Part shown: piece after piece, positions 10,939 through 20,569 of the stretch
How the letters are laid out: the number at the start of each line of letters is the position of its first letter
How positions within the stretch are numbered: the first letter of the stretch is position 1
NCBI GenBank assembly: GCA_001275005.1
Contig: JWZX01002881.1
Span: forward strand, 62,001 to 87,021
DNA: 25,021 nucleotides
Reading direction: 5' to 3'
Source of the DNA: Chrysochromulina tobinii
Taxonomy: Eukaryota
Notes under the pieces: model-generated
Told to the model about the DNA's origin: nothing
The model's input: the letters and a program-made list of their open reading frames with translations, nothing else
The model's database searches: none
Made by a program: the position numbers and the translations under genes

Positions 10939-12720
10939 TCAAATACACGCGAGTACTTCATTTACTGTCTTAAGTGCGCGCTCCAGGTCCTCCTGCGCCT
11001 GGTTACTCGCCGGCGGCGGCGGCGGCGGCGGTCTATGAAGACTGTCCACGAAAGGTGTTGCGGTGAGCATGCCGGAGGAAGCGAAATGGGAGAGCAAAAA
11101 TTGTGGGTTGCTGCAAGGTGCGCCCTTCATAATTGCTGACCAAACACCCAGCGGCGGCGGAGAATATGCTTTGGGCACACTGGGCGGCGGATTGACGTGA
11201 CGGGCGTTCAGGGCATCCTTGAGCTCATGGTACTCGATCCAGCCGCTGCCGTCTTCATCCATACTGTTGAAGAGGGCATCGATCTGGCTCTTGGGCGCGT
11301 CGTAGCCCAAGGCCGCAATCGCCTTTCGGAACTCGTGCTTGTCGACGGCGCCGTTCCCGTCGTCGTCCCACTCGCGGAACAAGTCGATCAGCTTGGCGCC
11401 GTGCTCGTTCAGCACCTTCTTGAGCTGCTCCTGCACGCTCGTGCCCGAGCGAGCCGTGAGCTTCACCGCAGCAGGCAGCGCAGCGACGCGCGCCGAGACG
11501 TAGTTCGCGTTCACATTCTTTGCGGTGAGCTTCGCATCTCGGCCGGTGTCGCGCTGCGACGGAGCTCGTTTGAGGTTGCGCTTCGCCAGATCGGCGCCTG
11601 CACCCTTGCGCAGCATCATGTTGAGCTCCGCGTACTCGAGCGCACCCGAGCCGTCCTCGTCCAAAGAGTCAAAGACTGCGTCCGTGTCCTCTTTCTCGAT
11701 CTTGAAGCCAAGGGCGTTCACCGCCTTGTAGAACTCCTTCTTGTCTATGGTGCCGCTCTTGTCATCGTCCCACGCACGGAACAGGTCCACGACGCGGCTC
11801 GACGAGCGCATCAAAGAGTCCTTGAGCGACCACTGCAGGTACTCGTTCATGTCGATGAAGCCGCTACCGTCTACATCGAGGGCGTTAAAGCGGGTCTTAA
11901 GCTCTTCATCTGGGATCTTGCCCACCTCGCGATCGCGCACGAACGCACAGAACTCTTTGAAATCAAGCTTCTTGTCATTGTTCGCATCGGCGGCGTCGCG
12001 GTCGGCCGCATTCAACCTCATGCCTGTTGCAAAGTCAATCTCGCCCGATCCGGCCACGTCCTCGGACTCGGCCGCGACGCTGTAGAGACTCTTGGCGCTT
12101 GGGGGAGACGTGAGTAGCGCCACGCTTGAGGGGCTCGCCGACAAGTTGCTTGCCGACGCTGTCGGCTTCGGCGGTGATCGCCAAGTGACGAACCCCTGCG
12201 GTGCCACGTTGAAGCCAGCGGAGACCTTCTGGGGACCGGTCCCAAGAGGGACGAGACCCTTTTCCTTCATCCATGCCTGGCCGAGATCGCGTTGCTGCTG
12301 GCGCCACGTTTCGACTTCTGCCTTGATCTTGGCGATGCGCCGAGCATCTTGCTCAAGTCGCTCCTTTGATGGGGTTTTCATGCGCAACGCTGAGACAGGG
12401 ATAGGAGGCGGTCGACTGCCTGGAGAATTGGCGAGCCACGCAGAGCTGGGCCTAGAAGGCGTCGAGGTTTTCGGGCGCACATCACCACCACCCTTTCCAT
12501 TCCGATGGAGATTTGGTGCAGACATTGGTCGAGTAAGGCGAGTTGTGGGAGACAACAAGGTTGATGAATCCCATGGGCGATCCCGGTTGCTTTGATTCAG
12601 GATCTGTTTATGCTCTTGAGCGGCATTTTTCTCTGCGGTGGAGACGGGGGGTGGCCGCAGGAGACTGCGCCCGGGGATCGAGGATTGGAAGAAGATTATT
12701 TCGGAGGGAGGACTCGACAT
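10939..12720 (-). CDS. Multi-EF-hand calcium-binding protein (six EF-hands)
   Basis: Loops DANNDKKLDFKE, DVDGSGFIDMNE, DDDKSGTIDKKE, DEDGSGALEYAE, DDDGNGAVDKHE, DEDGSGWIEYHE. First ATG at 12720. A 3' intron near 11030-11145 is possible. Confidence 0.9.
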   Translation of the reverse strand: MSSPPSEIIFFQSSIPGRSLLRPPPVSTAEKNAAQEHKQILNQSNRDRPWDSSTLLSPTTRLTRPMSAPNLHRNGKGGGDVRPKTSTPSRPSSAWLANSPGSRPPPIPVSALRMKTPSKERLEQDARRIAKIKAEVETWRQQQRDLGQAWMKEKGLVPLGTGPQKVSAGFNVAPQGFVTWRSPPKPTASASNLSASPSSVALLTSPPSAKSLYSVAAESEDVAGSGEIDFATGMRLNAADRDAADANNDKKLDFKEFCAFVRDREVGKIPDEELKTRFNALDVDGSGFIDMNEYLQWSLKDSLMRSSSRVVDLFRAWDDDKSGTIDKKEFYKAVNALGFKIEKEDTDAVFDSLDEDGSGALEYAELNMMLRKGAGADLAKRNLKRAPSQRDTGRDAKLTAKNVNANYVSARVAALPAAVKLTARSGTSVQEQLKKVLNEHGAKLIDLFREWDDDGNGAVDKHEFRKAIAALGYDAPKSQIDALFNSMDEDGSGWIEYHELKDALNARHVNPPPSVPKAYSPPPLGVWSAIMKGAPCSNPQFLLSHFASSGMLTATPFVDSLHRPPPPPPPASNQAQEDLERALKTVNEVLACI

Positions 12721-12998
12721 GTGCAAGGTGGACAGTCCGCACCGCGAGTCCGGGGCGGCGTTTCGAAACGCTTTTTTGCTGAAACCGCTGGTGCGGTGCA
12801 CGTGGGATCACACAAACAACCTCAGAACCGAACCGACTCACACCGACGCACGCGCACGTCGACCAAGCCGAACACCGCACGGGACGCGGCGGCCGGCTCA
12901 AGAGCAACCGCGACCGGAGCCCGTCGCGGCGCCTCACTTGCCCTTCCCGCGGCCGGTACATGTATGTATACACGTGATTTCTAACACATCCGGGGACC

Positions 12999-13085
12999 GT
13001 ACCGGCTCCCCCCGGTGTCTTTTTACCGGTAAAAAGACACCGGGGGGAGCAAGACCGGTAAAAAGACACCGGGGGGAGCCGGTAC
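12999..13085. repeat. 87-bp foldback element: perfect 32-bp terminal inverted repeats, 46-bp perfect palindrome, 26-bp direct duplication
   Basis: 12999-13030 is the reverse complement of 13054-13085. 13005-13050 is self-complementary. 13025-13050 equals 13054-13079. Confidence 0.95.
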
Positions 13086-13223
13086 TGTGTGTGTACCCGG
13101 TACCCGCGGTAGCACACACACGAGCGAGCGACGTCGGCGAGCGTCTCGACGCGGCTGCAGACGCTGTGCCGATTCCTGACTCCGACGAAGTGAAGGAATC
13201 CTGTACGGTCCCATCTCCAGGAA

Positions 13224-15290
13224 ATGGACATCGACGATGGCCTGATCGAACCGGGGGACCTCCTCGACTTCCTCGGTGATGACTCGGGATCCCAGGCCAG
13301 CGGAGGATTCATCTGGACGCCGTGTGGCTACGTGCTAATGTCCGAGGAGGGCCAGCGGTGGATGATGCGGGAAGATAAGCTGGCGATCCAGCTAAACGTG
13401 CGCATGCAACGCATCCCCCCTTCGACCTCCGATGCGGCCGGATCCACCTTCCGATGGCATAAGAATTGCGTGCTGCCGGGCATGCGCATCTCCGTCGAGA
13501 GCTACGCGGGCACGTCTTTGGAGGGCGCGGCGGTGATGATCAGCGCAGTGGTGGTGGACGCTTTGAGCAACTCGGCGCGCAGCGTGGGCCTCACCGGCAC
13601 GTACCTCCGTCCACTCGTCAACCGCGAATGCACCTTCGCCTCGCTCTCGTTCCGCACGACATCTTGGAACCTGCCAGGCCGGCCTCGGTTGCACATCATG
13701 GCGTCACTCCTGCTGCGGAGCCACGAGGCTGAGAGGCCGAACAGCGGGCTCTCGTCGGTGGTGCCCGCGGCCGAGAGCGCGCGGGAGACCTTTGAAATCG
13801 CGTGCTCCACCCTCTCGCCCGCCCTCACCGTCGACGCACGCAAGCGGCACAGCTCCAAGGCGACCCAACCTACGATCGATGCGGGCGCTGGCTCGAGCGG
13901 CGTTGCAGCTTTGTCAGAGGGGAGCGTCGTGACGGCCGAAGTGCAGGCATCGTCAGCGTCGCCGATGACGACGGCGGTCCTCCCGTTCGCGCCGCATCTG
14001 CTCGAGGCGACCCTACACAAGGTGGGAAAGGACTCTGCCGTTCCAATCGAGAATTCGCTCGATGGGCTACGCAATTATCTGAGTGCACTCAACATCCGGA
14101 ACAAGTGCAAGCACCCGCTTTTCCTCGCGCTGCGCTTCGACTCGTGCATCGGGCTGCTATACGACTCGACGAGCGTGCGCAACCCCGCCGGGGATGACGA
14201 CGCATTCTACATGATGATGGGCGCCATTGGGGGCGACGGCGGTAGGGGGGCGACGAGCTGCGGCCACAGCCAGACGGGATTCGCGCCCTTCGTGCTCGCG
14301 GTCAAGGATCATCATCACGGGGATGGCGTCGCGTGCAAGCGCACCGACTGCCCCATCCGGCTGTCTGCGGGTATCACGCTGCCCCACCACTCCGGCCTGC
14401 CGGCCAGCTACTTGATGCTCTGTGACCAGCAGGTGTCGGCGCTGCGCAAGACCTACTGCCGCCTGTACTGCAAGCACGTCCCATCGCCGTACCACACACG
14501 TGTGCCCGTGCCCTCGCTCGCCGGGGTGGGCACCTGCGTGCCCTCGCCGGGAAAGCTGCCCGTCCCGCCGATCTGCCACACGTGCCACTCACCGCATCTC
14601 GGTGAACCTCCATCAAGCGAGGATCAGGATTTGCAAGCCGCCCAGCGGTATGCGAAAGACATGCTCGCCACCGCGCGCCAGATGGGCGCCAACATCGCTG
14701 CAAGCGATGCGTCGGCCGCCGATGGCGCCGAGGGCGAGCACTCGTGCCCGGAGCGCGAATGGCAGATGTCGCTGCGCATCCTCGTCGAGGCCCTCTCGAT
14801 GCACTGCCGCACGAAGTCTCCCGACGAGATCGTCGCCTTCATGCATGATGAGCTCGTGAGCTCGGGCAAACGGCTCTCCAACGGCTGCTCCGACGTAGGC
14901 AGCCCCAGCGGCAAGAGCGGCGCGGCTGGCCCCAAGACCCCCTTGAGGCATCCTAGTGGCGCCGAGGGCTTCGACGGCACCACCTCCGCCAACGTCGTTG
15001 ATGGCGTGCCCATGGCCTGGATCCCTAAGTTGGCAGACGATCACGGACAGCTGAGTGAGAGGGAACGCATCAATACCCCAAGCGCAGAGCGCGCGCTCAC
15101 GCACGAGAACACTCTGATGCACTACGATCACGCGCACGCGCACACGTCCACTTGCTGCGACGACCCGCTGCATGGCCATCAGGAGATGGATGTGATGAGC
15201 CCCGCGGACGAAGCGTCGTTCTGGGACAGCTTGGTGCACAATCACATGCACTCCAAGAGCGAGCTCGAGGATGCTTGGGGTGAGCCTTAA
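13224..15290 (+). CDS. 688-aa protein; putative Ig-fold (CBP60/CudA-like) DNA-binding domain plus Cys/His-rich region
   Basis: Uninterrupted ATG-TAA ORF. GLTGTYLRPLVNRECTFASLSFRTTSWNLPGRPRLHIMASL...SPALTVDARKR resembles the CBP60/CudA beta-sandwich pattern by eye. Gene confident, function tentative. Confidence 0.75.
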   Translation: MDIDDGLIEPGDLLDFLGDDSGSQASGGFIWTPCGYVLMSEEGQRWMMREDKLAIQLNVRMQRIPPSTSDAAGSTFRWHKNCVLPGMRISVESYAGTSLEGAAVMISAVVVDALSNSARSVGLTGTYLRPLVNRECTFASLSFRTTSWNLPGRPRLHIMASLLLRSHEAERPNSGLSSVVPAAESARETFEIACSTLSPALTVDARKRHSSKATQPTIDAGAGSSGVAALSEGSVVTAEVQASSASPMTTAVLPFAPHLLEATLHKVGKDSAVPIENSLDGLRNYLSALNIRNKCKHPLFLALRFDSCIGLLYDSTSVRNPAGDDDAFYMMMGAIGGDGGRGATSCGHSQTGFAPFVLAVKDHHHGDGVACKRTDCPIRLSAGITLPHHSGLPASYLMLCDQQVSALRKTYCRLYCKHVPSPYHTRVPVPSLAGVGTCVPSPGKLPVPPICHTCHSPHLGEPPSSEDQDLQAAQRYAKDMLATARQMGANIAASDASAADGAEGEHSCPEREWQMSLRILVEALSMHCRTKSPDEIVAFMHDELVSSGKRLSNGCSDVGSPSGKSGAAGPKTPLRHPSGAEGFDGTTSANVVDGVPMAWIPKLADDHGQLSERERINTPSAERALTHENTLMHYDHAHAHTSTCCDDPLHGHQEMDVMSPADEASFWDSLVHNHMHSKSELEDAWGEP

Positions 15291-15943
15291 GGGGGCGGTT
15301 GGGGTGAGGGCGCTTAGAGCACGCAGCAGCTCTCGTCTCCATCTTGCTCTTGACGAATCGGCCTGCCTAATCTGAGACGTCCCGGCGAGGCGAGAGAGGG
15401 AGAGAGGGGATCGGATCGACATTGGCGTAGATGCACTCGCTACCACGAGAGGATGGCGAGCCGATTGAGCAGGATCATGATGCGATGGTCATGGTGCGTA
15501 AGTAGTAAGTAAGCAAAACATGCCAACAGGCCGAGCGCGTACACGTGGCGAGGGGGGTACCCAGGCATGTACAAAGCGCGTGTACACGCCGTGCTTACCG
15601 CGTGTACGGTGCTTCAGCAGTCGAGTTCTCGAGAGTTGGAACTGACGAAATCCGGTCAGTCAACGATGGTGCGGTGCAGGGACGAGGCGTGGCCGTTGTG
15701 CATAAACTGTCCGTCCGCCATCCTCTTTCGTTTTCACAAAGGTCCTCCGTGACCGTGTATCGGCCACGCCCCCCCCGGGCCTGCATGTCGCCATGTCCCG
15801 CGGCTGCGGCGCCCCCGCCCGTGTGACGCCCGGTCGCCGGCGTGGCCAGTTTGGTGACGGCATGGCTCCAGAGAAAAAGATCCGGTTCTGTCCGGTTGAG
15901 TCTAGAGAAAGGAATGTTTGCCACGGAGATAATGACGTAACCG

Positions 15944-16516
15944 TCATCGACCATGGCATCCAGTACTGTACGCAGTATCGTTCTCTCGCCTGTGCGACAG
16001 GCTGTGGAACAACAAAGATATCTCCAAAAAGATATCTCCACAAAGATATACACACCGTACCCGTATTGTAGATTCGAGCATGCCGGATGCACGATTAGAG
16101 CGCTGAAATGTTCGAGCATCGTGCATGGTCGAAAAGGCGATGGCCCGCTGATCGTGCATGGTCATAAGGCGCTCTCGTATGGGCCACTGATGCTGACGCC
16201 GCAGCGCCTGAAACTGTGCCCACGTTGCAGCAATGAAGATGGCTACAATGAGGATGGCAACGCAAGTAACGCTCGCGATATACCGCCGCACGATCCATGC
16301 TGCCACCATCGTGCTGTGGAGAAGAACTCGTCGAGTGAAATGATGGTGCCCTCTGGCCCCATCGTCGGCATCTCACCGCGCTGAGTAGGATACACCAGGA
16401 GGCTGCCCCTGGTGTTGCACGATGTATTTGTAGACAATGTATCCAAGCACGATGATGAACACGGCCCTCATTGCACGCACATGCGGTGGAACTGTGTAAA
16501 AGACGACCTGCACCAT
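15944..16516 (-). CDS. Small two-TM membrane protein; join(16516..16377,16313..15944)
   Basis: ATG 16516 MVQVVFYTVPPHVRAMRAVFIIVLGYIVYKYIV. A 63-nt intron CG|GTGAGA...CCACAG|C joins in frame to TMVAAWIVRRYIASVTCVAILIVAIFIAATW. 3' end uncertain. Confidence 0.55.
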
Positions 16517-16538
16517 GCTGTTCCGAAGGTGGCGACCG

Positions 16539-16546
16539 TGACGTCA
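16539..16546. promoter_or_regulatory. CRE-like palindrome TGACGTCA in a 150-bp bidirectional promoter region
   Basis: Lies between divergent ATGs at 16516 and 16666. Confidence 0.3.
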
Positions 16547-16665
16547 TTTCGTCAGAAACTTTCTGAAGTCGAGCACTTGCTGCCACACCAGCACTGAAAG
16601 CTTCGGCTCACGGTACGAGATTCTCCCGGGGGTTTTCACGCGGATCTTCACGGCGTTCCAGAACG

Positions 16666-18558
16666 ATGGCCGCGGCTGGGACGCCGAGCGGCTCTGTGCC
16701 TCCCTCGACGTGGCGCCACGAGATGTCTTGGCAATCGGCGACGCGTCGAGCGCCACCGTCGCCCAAGATCAAGGTCGCCGCCTTCTCACAAGTAGTGATA
16801 AGTTCTCCGGAAGCGCGCATGGCTCGGCAGGCTGCGCTCCGCCGGGTGAGTCTTGAGAGAAAACGGCGCAGCGCAATGGAAGAACGCGAGACAAAGCTCG
16901 CGGAGGCCGCTCAACTCGCGCTGCGCAACACTGAGCACGTGGGTTTCAAGGTGCGCCAGTTGTTTGAGCAGCACGCCGCTCTCACACTCCGCGATGAGGC
17001 GGTGCAAGCGCACCTCTCACGCACAGAGCACATGGACCAGCACCGCATGGCCTGGGCTCGCTCGAACGGCATCGCATCGGCCGACCCGTGGCGTCCACCC
17101 GGGCATGATCGCGATCCGTACGCGGCCGTACGCGGGACCAACGCGAGCAGCCGCGCGTCGAGGCAGCTTCCGCTTCCGCGGCGCTCCTCGTCCGCGTTCC
17201 AGCCGCACACGGCGGCGCGCCGGCTGTGGTGCTCACCCTCATCCGCGTGCCGCGGACCCGCCCTCTCGACAACTACGTGGCCGACGGGCGCGGCGCCGGC
17301 GCACCCGAGCGCTCCGCAGGTGCCGCAGGTTTGCCGACGAATGACGGCGCAACCCGCCGACGATTGCAGCCGACGATTGGAGCCGACGATTGCAGCGGCG
17401 CTCGCAAGTGCAGACGCGGCGGTTAGCCTCGTCGATCTACTCATGACGAGAATGGATGGACGGATGGATGGCGAGGCGGCGACGGTGGCAAAGCGAGCAA
17501 CGACGGCGCGAGCAACGGCGGCCTTCGCACCAGCAGCGGCGGCGCAGTTGCCGGCGCAGTTACCGGCGTCGGTGCCAATGCTGCCACCAGTGCCTCCGCC
17601 TGCGCCGTCGCCCGCGCCGCTGCTGCCGCCTCACACGTCAGTGCTGCAGTGTACCGGCCAGTTGGCAGGGGACATCGTGCTTGGAGGCTTGTCGGCGCTG
17701 CAGCAGGGGGCACACCGAGCATCGCACAGGGTGCAGGCCGATGACGAAGCATCGCATAGGAGGGTGCAGGCCGATGACGAACTCTTGGCCATCGTGGAGG
17801 CGGGCGCAGGCGGCGGCGGCGGGCATGGCTCGGGCGCGGCAAGTTTGGACGGATGGACGGACGGAGGGCATGCCTTGGCGCGAGGGTTTAGCACAGGTTC
17901 GGCTGATGCGGCAGGGTATGTGGCAGGCGACGATGAGGACTTCGGCGCCGCGGGCATTTCTGCCGAGTCGACGGACGATGAAGATCACAAGCCTTCACAT
18001 CAGGAGTATGAGCTTCCATCGGCGGCGGCGTCTTCGTCGGCGTCCGCGATGGCGGCGGAGGGAGTGGGGTGGCTGCAGGAGATTGACCGGTATGCCTCCG
18101 AGGCCGTGAATAAAGTGCTTGAGGCGGCCCCGCCTCACCGCGCCGGCATGAGTACTTGTAGGCTGCCCGACCTGTCTCAAGTCGCCAATGAGAAGAGGCG
18201 GTGGCTTGTGGGTCAGGCGGAGAAAGCCAAGCGAGCAATGGCGGCGGAGGCGGCGGCGACGGCGGCGGCGGCATCGACAGCGACAGACCCGCCAGTCGTG
18301 AGCATCACTCACTCGGGCAGCAACGGCTCCGTCCGCTGCCCGAGCCCCAACACCCCCGCACGCCCCCCAAGCCCCCCCGACCTCCGCAGCCCCCCCAGCC
18401 CCCACAGCCGCCGGACCATGGTAACTAACATTACCGAACGCATGTCTTCGCATCTGGCCGACGCCAGTGCTCCGCCGCCTGCTTCACGCTACGGATCACG
18501 GCCCGCCTCAGCCGCCTCCACGCCGTCGCTGTCGGTGTCGCCCGATCGGTTTGGGTGA
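16666..18558 (+). CDS. Hypothetical low-complexity (Ala/Pro/Ser-rich) protein with short coiled-coil
   Basis: 630-codon ATG ORF. Internal ~30-bp duplication (ASHRVQADDE x2, ~17719-17781). No family recognised. Confidence 0.65.
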   Translation: MAAAGTPSGSVPPSTWRHEMSWQSATRRAPPSPKIKVAAFSQVVISSPEARMARQAALRRVSLERKRRSAMEERETKLAEAAQLALRNTEHVGFKVRQLFEQHAALTLRDEAVQAHLSRTEHMDQHRMAWARSNGIASADPWRPPGHDRDPYAAVRGTNASSRASRQLPLPRRSSSAFQPHTAARRLWCSPSSACRGPALSTTTWPTGAAPAHPSAPQVPQVCRRMTAQPADDCSRRLEPTIAAALASADAAVSLVDLLMTRMDGRMDGEAATVAKRATTARATAAFAPAAAAQLPAQLPASVPMLPPVPPPAPSPAPLLPPHTSVLQCTGQLAGDIVLGGLSALQQGAHRASHRVQADDEASHRRVQADDELLAIVEAGAGGGGGHGSGAASLDGWTDGGHALARGFSTGSADAAGYVAGDDEDFGAAGISAESTDDEDHKPSHQEYELPSAAASSSASAMAAEGVGWLQEIDRYASEAVNKVLEAAPPHRAGMSTCRLPDLSQVANEKRRWLVGQAEKAKRAMAAEAAATAAAASTATDPPVVSITHSGSNGSVRCPSPNTPARPPSPPDLRSPPSPHSRRTMVTNITERMSSHLADASAPPPASRYGSRPASAASTPSLSVSPDRFG

Positions 18559-19008
18559 CGGTTTGCGCTTTTACTGCTTGTTCGCTCCGCTTCTGTCGAC
18601 GCGCTGTCGCGGTGCCGGTGGCCGCCACAGTGGACCAGTGCCGCGCCCTTGCGTTGAGGGTGGTGTCGCGTAACGGGTGTTCGGTATTGCTGTATGCGTA
18701 CCGACTATGAGCCGACGCCGCTATGCTAATCGAATCCTAATGCTTTCCGATCCGACATCCCGTCGCCCGTCGGGACGAAATCGCGTGTACGACAGAGAAA
18801 TTTCGTCGAGACGTGTAGCGTAGTGCCTGTTGTGTGGCGACAACAGGCAGTCAGCCCAAGTGGGCTGCAGCGAGCAGCATGCCGTGCAGGCCCGCCGACG
18901 AGACCAACCGACACCCGACCTCCACCCCAGCCGAGGACGAGACGATCAAGCCCCTCCCCAAGCCCCTACCGCTTGCCCTCCCGCGTCGTCCGCAATCATG
19001 TCCGCAAT

Positions 19009-20433
19009 TCACCGCGCGGCTCCCGCTGGAGTTCTGGCTTCTTGCCTTATTCTTGCCTCTGAGCTTGTGGCCGCCATCGAGGCCGCCAAGTGGGCTCGCA
19101 GCGGGTCCGGTGCCACTTGGAAATTCCTTAGCCCACCAGGAAGCCGCTTCGGGGGCTCATACTTCAGAAGGGGCACCCGGTCCGCTGTCCACCCGTACTC
19201 GAGGAGGAAGGCGCGGTAAGCACGGCGTGCCTTGGTTGCGTCGTCGATGTAGAAGAAGGCTTCTATGACCGAAGGCAGCAACTGCTCCCAAACGCGAGTG
19301 GCGACAACGACCTCATTGCATACCCCTGGTTGCGCCATATGCATGCGGAGCATCTTGTCAAGTGCCGAAGGCGAGTAGGCCGTTATGAGTCGGCACGCGG
19401 CGGCGATGCTAATCTCTTGCGTGCCCCCGTCAGAGGCGAACGAGCACTCAATGGGGACGGAGCTCCGTAGAATGATGCCACCCTCGCGATTAAATGGCGT
19501 GGGCGAGCCGTCCTTGTTGAGGATCGAAAACGAGGCATGGTCGTAACGCCCGTTGCACCAGCCCGTGCGACACGGTGCATAGCCCCGGTCCCCCGCATCC
19601 CAATCCTCAAGCCCGTCAAATTGATGCACGAGAACCCCAGCCTCGTTCAGGTCATTGGACGGCCTGCCGCGCTGAAAGCGGGCGTTGATGGAGTTGGCCG
19701 TCGCACGCTCATACGGTGGTGGCGGCGGCGGCTGGAGAGGCGGCAGAGACGGAGGCGGCAGAGGCGGCGGCGGCGGCGGAGGAGGAGGAGGAGGAGGCAG
19801 AGGCAGAGGCAGAGGCGGGCTAGGTGATGGTGGCGGGCCCGTTGGCTCGCCAGGCGGAGCGGGCGGAGCGGGCGGTGGCAGCGGAGGCGGCCGAGGGAAC
19901 AGTGATGGCCATCGATACGATGGAGGTGATGCTGCTTGGACACCTGGCGGCAGCTGCAGCGACGGAGTCGAAGCGAGCAGCATCGATTGCCGCATCGTGC
20001 TACCAGTACCCTTCTCCTCAGCCATCGCGGGATATGTGGCCGCGATCAGCACCAGATTGAGTAGCACTGCAAGCGCCAGCACGCTCGTCCTACACGTAGG
20101 AGGAGGAGGAGTAGCTTCGGTCTTGGACTCATTGTCGTTAACCCACGGGCTGTCGTCAATGCCGATCGGACTGCCTGTCGATCGGACTACCCAACAGCGC
20201 CAGGACTGGCCAGCAGCGCCCGCATCACACTCATCATTGCATTCATCAACTGCGTGCGTGATACGCGAGATATCTTTCTCGCGCCTTGGCTTCCTTGAGG
20301 GCTTCGAGCACGTGCTTCTTGCAGAGGACTTGACGTGTCTGCCGACAGCAGCCTTTGAACGCCCTGGCTTCCTCAATGGTTCCAGGTGCGTCTTCGTCGC
20401 AAGGTCGGATTCGGAGTCATCGTCACTCGCCAT
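19009..20433 (-). CDS. Single-pass membrane protein with poly-Pro stalk and C-terminal globular domain of unknown function
   Basis: ATG 20433 (MASDDDSE). TM VLALAVLLNLVLIAATY, then a PPPSPSPP/poly-P tract, then INARFQRGRPSNDLNEAGVLVHQFDG...NEVVV...IEAFFY. Confidence 0.8.
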   Translation of the reverse strand: MASDDDSESDLATKTHLEPLRKPGRSKAAVGRHVKSSARSTCSKPSRKPRREKDISRITHAVDECNDECDAGAAGQSWRCWVVRSTGSPIGIDDSPWVNDNESKTEATPPPPTCRTSVLALAVLLNLVLIAATYPAMAEEKGTGSTMRQSMLLASTPSLQLPPGVQAASPPSYRWPSLFPRPPPLPPPAPPAPPGEPTGPPPSPSPPLPLPLPPPPPPPPPPPPLPPPSLPPLQPPPPPPYERATANSINARFQRGRPSNDLNEAGVLVHQFDGLEDWDAGDRGYAPCRTGWCNGRYDHASFSILNKDGSPTPFNREGGIILRSSVPIECSFASDGGTQEISIAAACRLITAYSPSALDKMLRMHMAQPGVCNEVVVATRVWEQLLPSVIEAFFYIDDATKARRAYRAFLLEYGWTADRVPLLKYEPPKRLPGGLRNFQVAPDPLRAHLAASMAATSSEARIRQEARTPAGAAR

Positions 20434-20569
20434 TTGCTGAAGCCTGTGCTGGGCCCGTAGCACCTGTATTTTCTATCTGCCCATATTTTTTGCACACAAC
20501 GCGACAAAAGCGACGACAAACAGACATACGGAGAACCGCTCATATGCATGCATAAAAGATGATTGCGAA

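Noticed and set aside
11030..11147. Possible terminal intron in the EF-hand gene
   Set aside because: Looks intron-like but the frame is open and no donor/acceptor pair is clearly preferred. Left unresolved.
15953..16384. 143-aa plus-strand ORF
   Set aside because: Overlaps the better-supported spliced minus-strand membrane protein and has no recognisable features
18773..18807. 8-bp inverted repeat GACGAAAT/ATTTCGTC between convergent genes
   Set aside because: Too short to support. No hammerhead CTGANGA core nearby.
19685..20440. Gly-rich plus-strand ORF
   Set aside because: Antisense of the poly-Pro stalk gene
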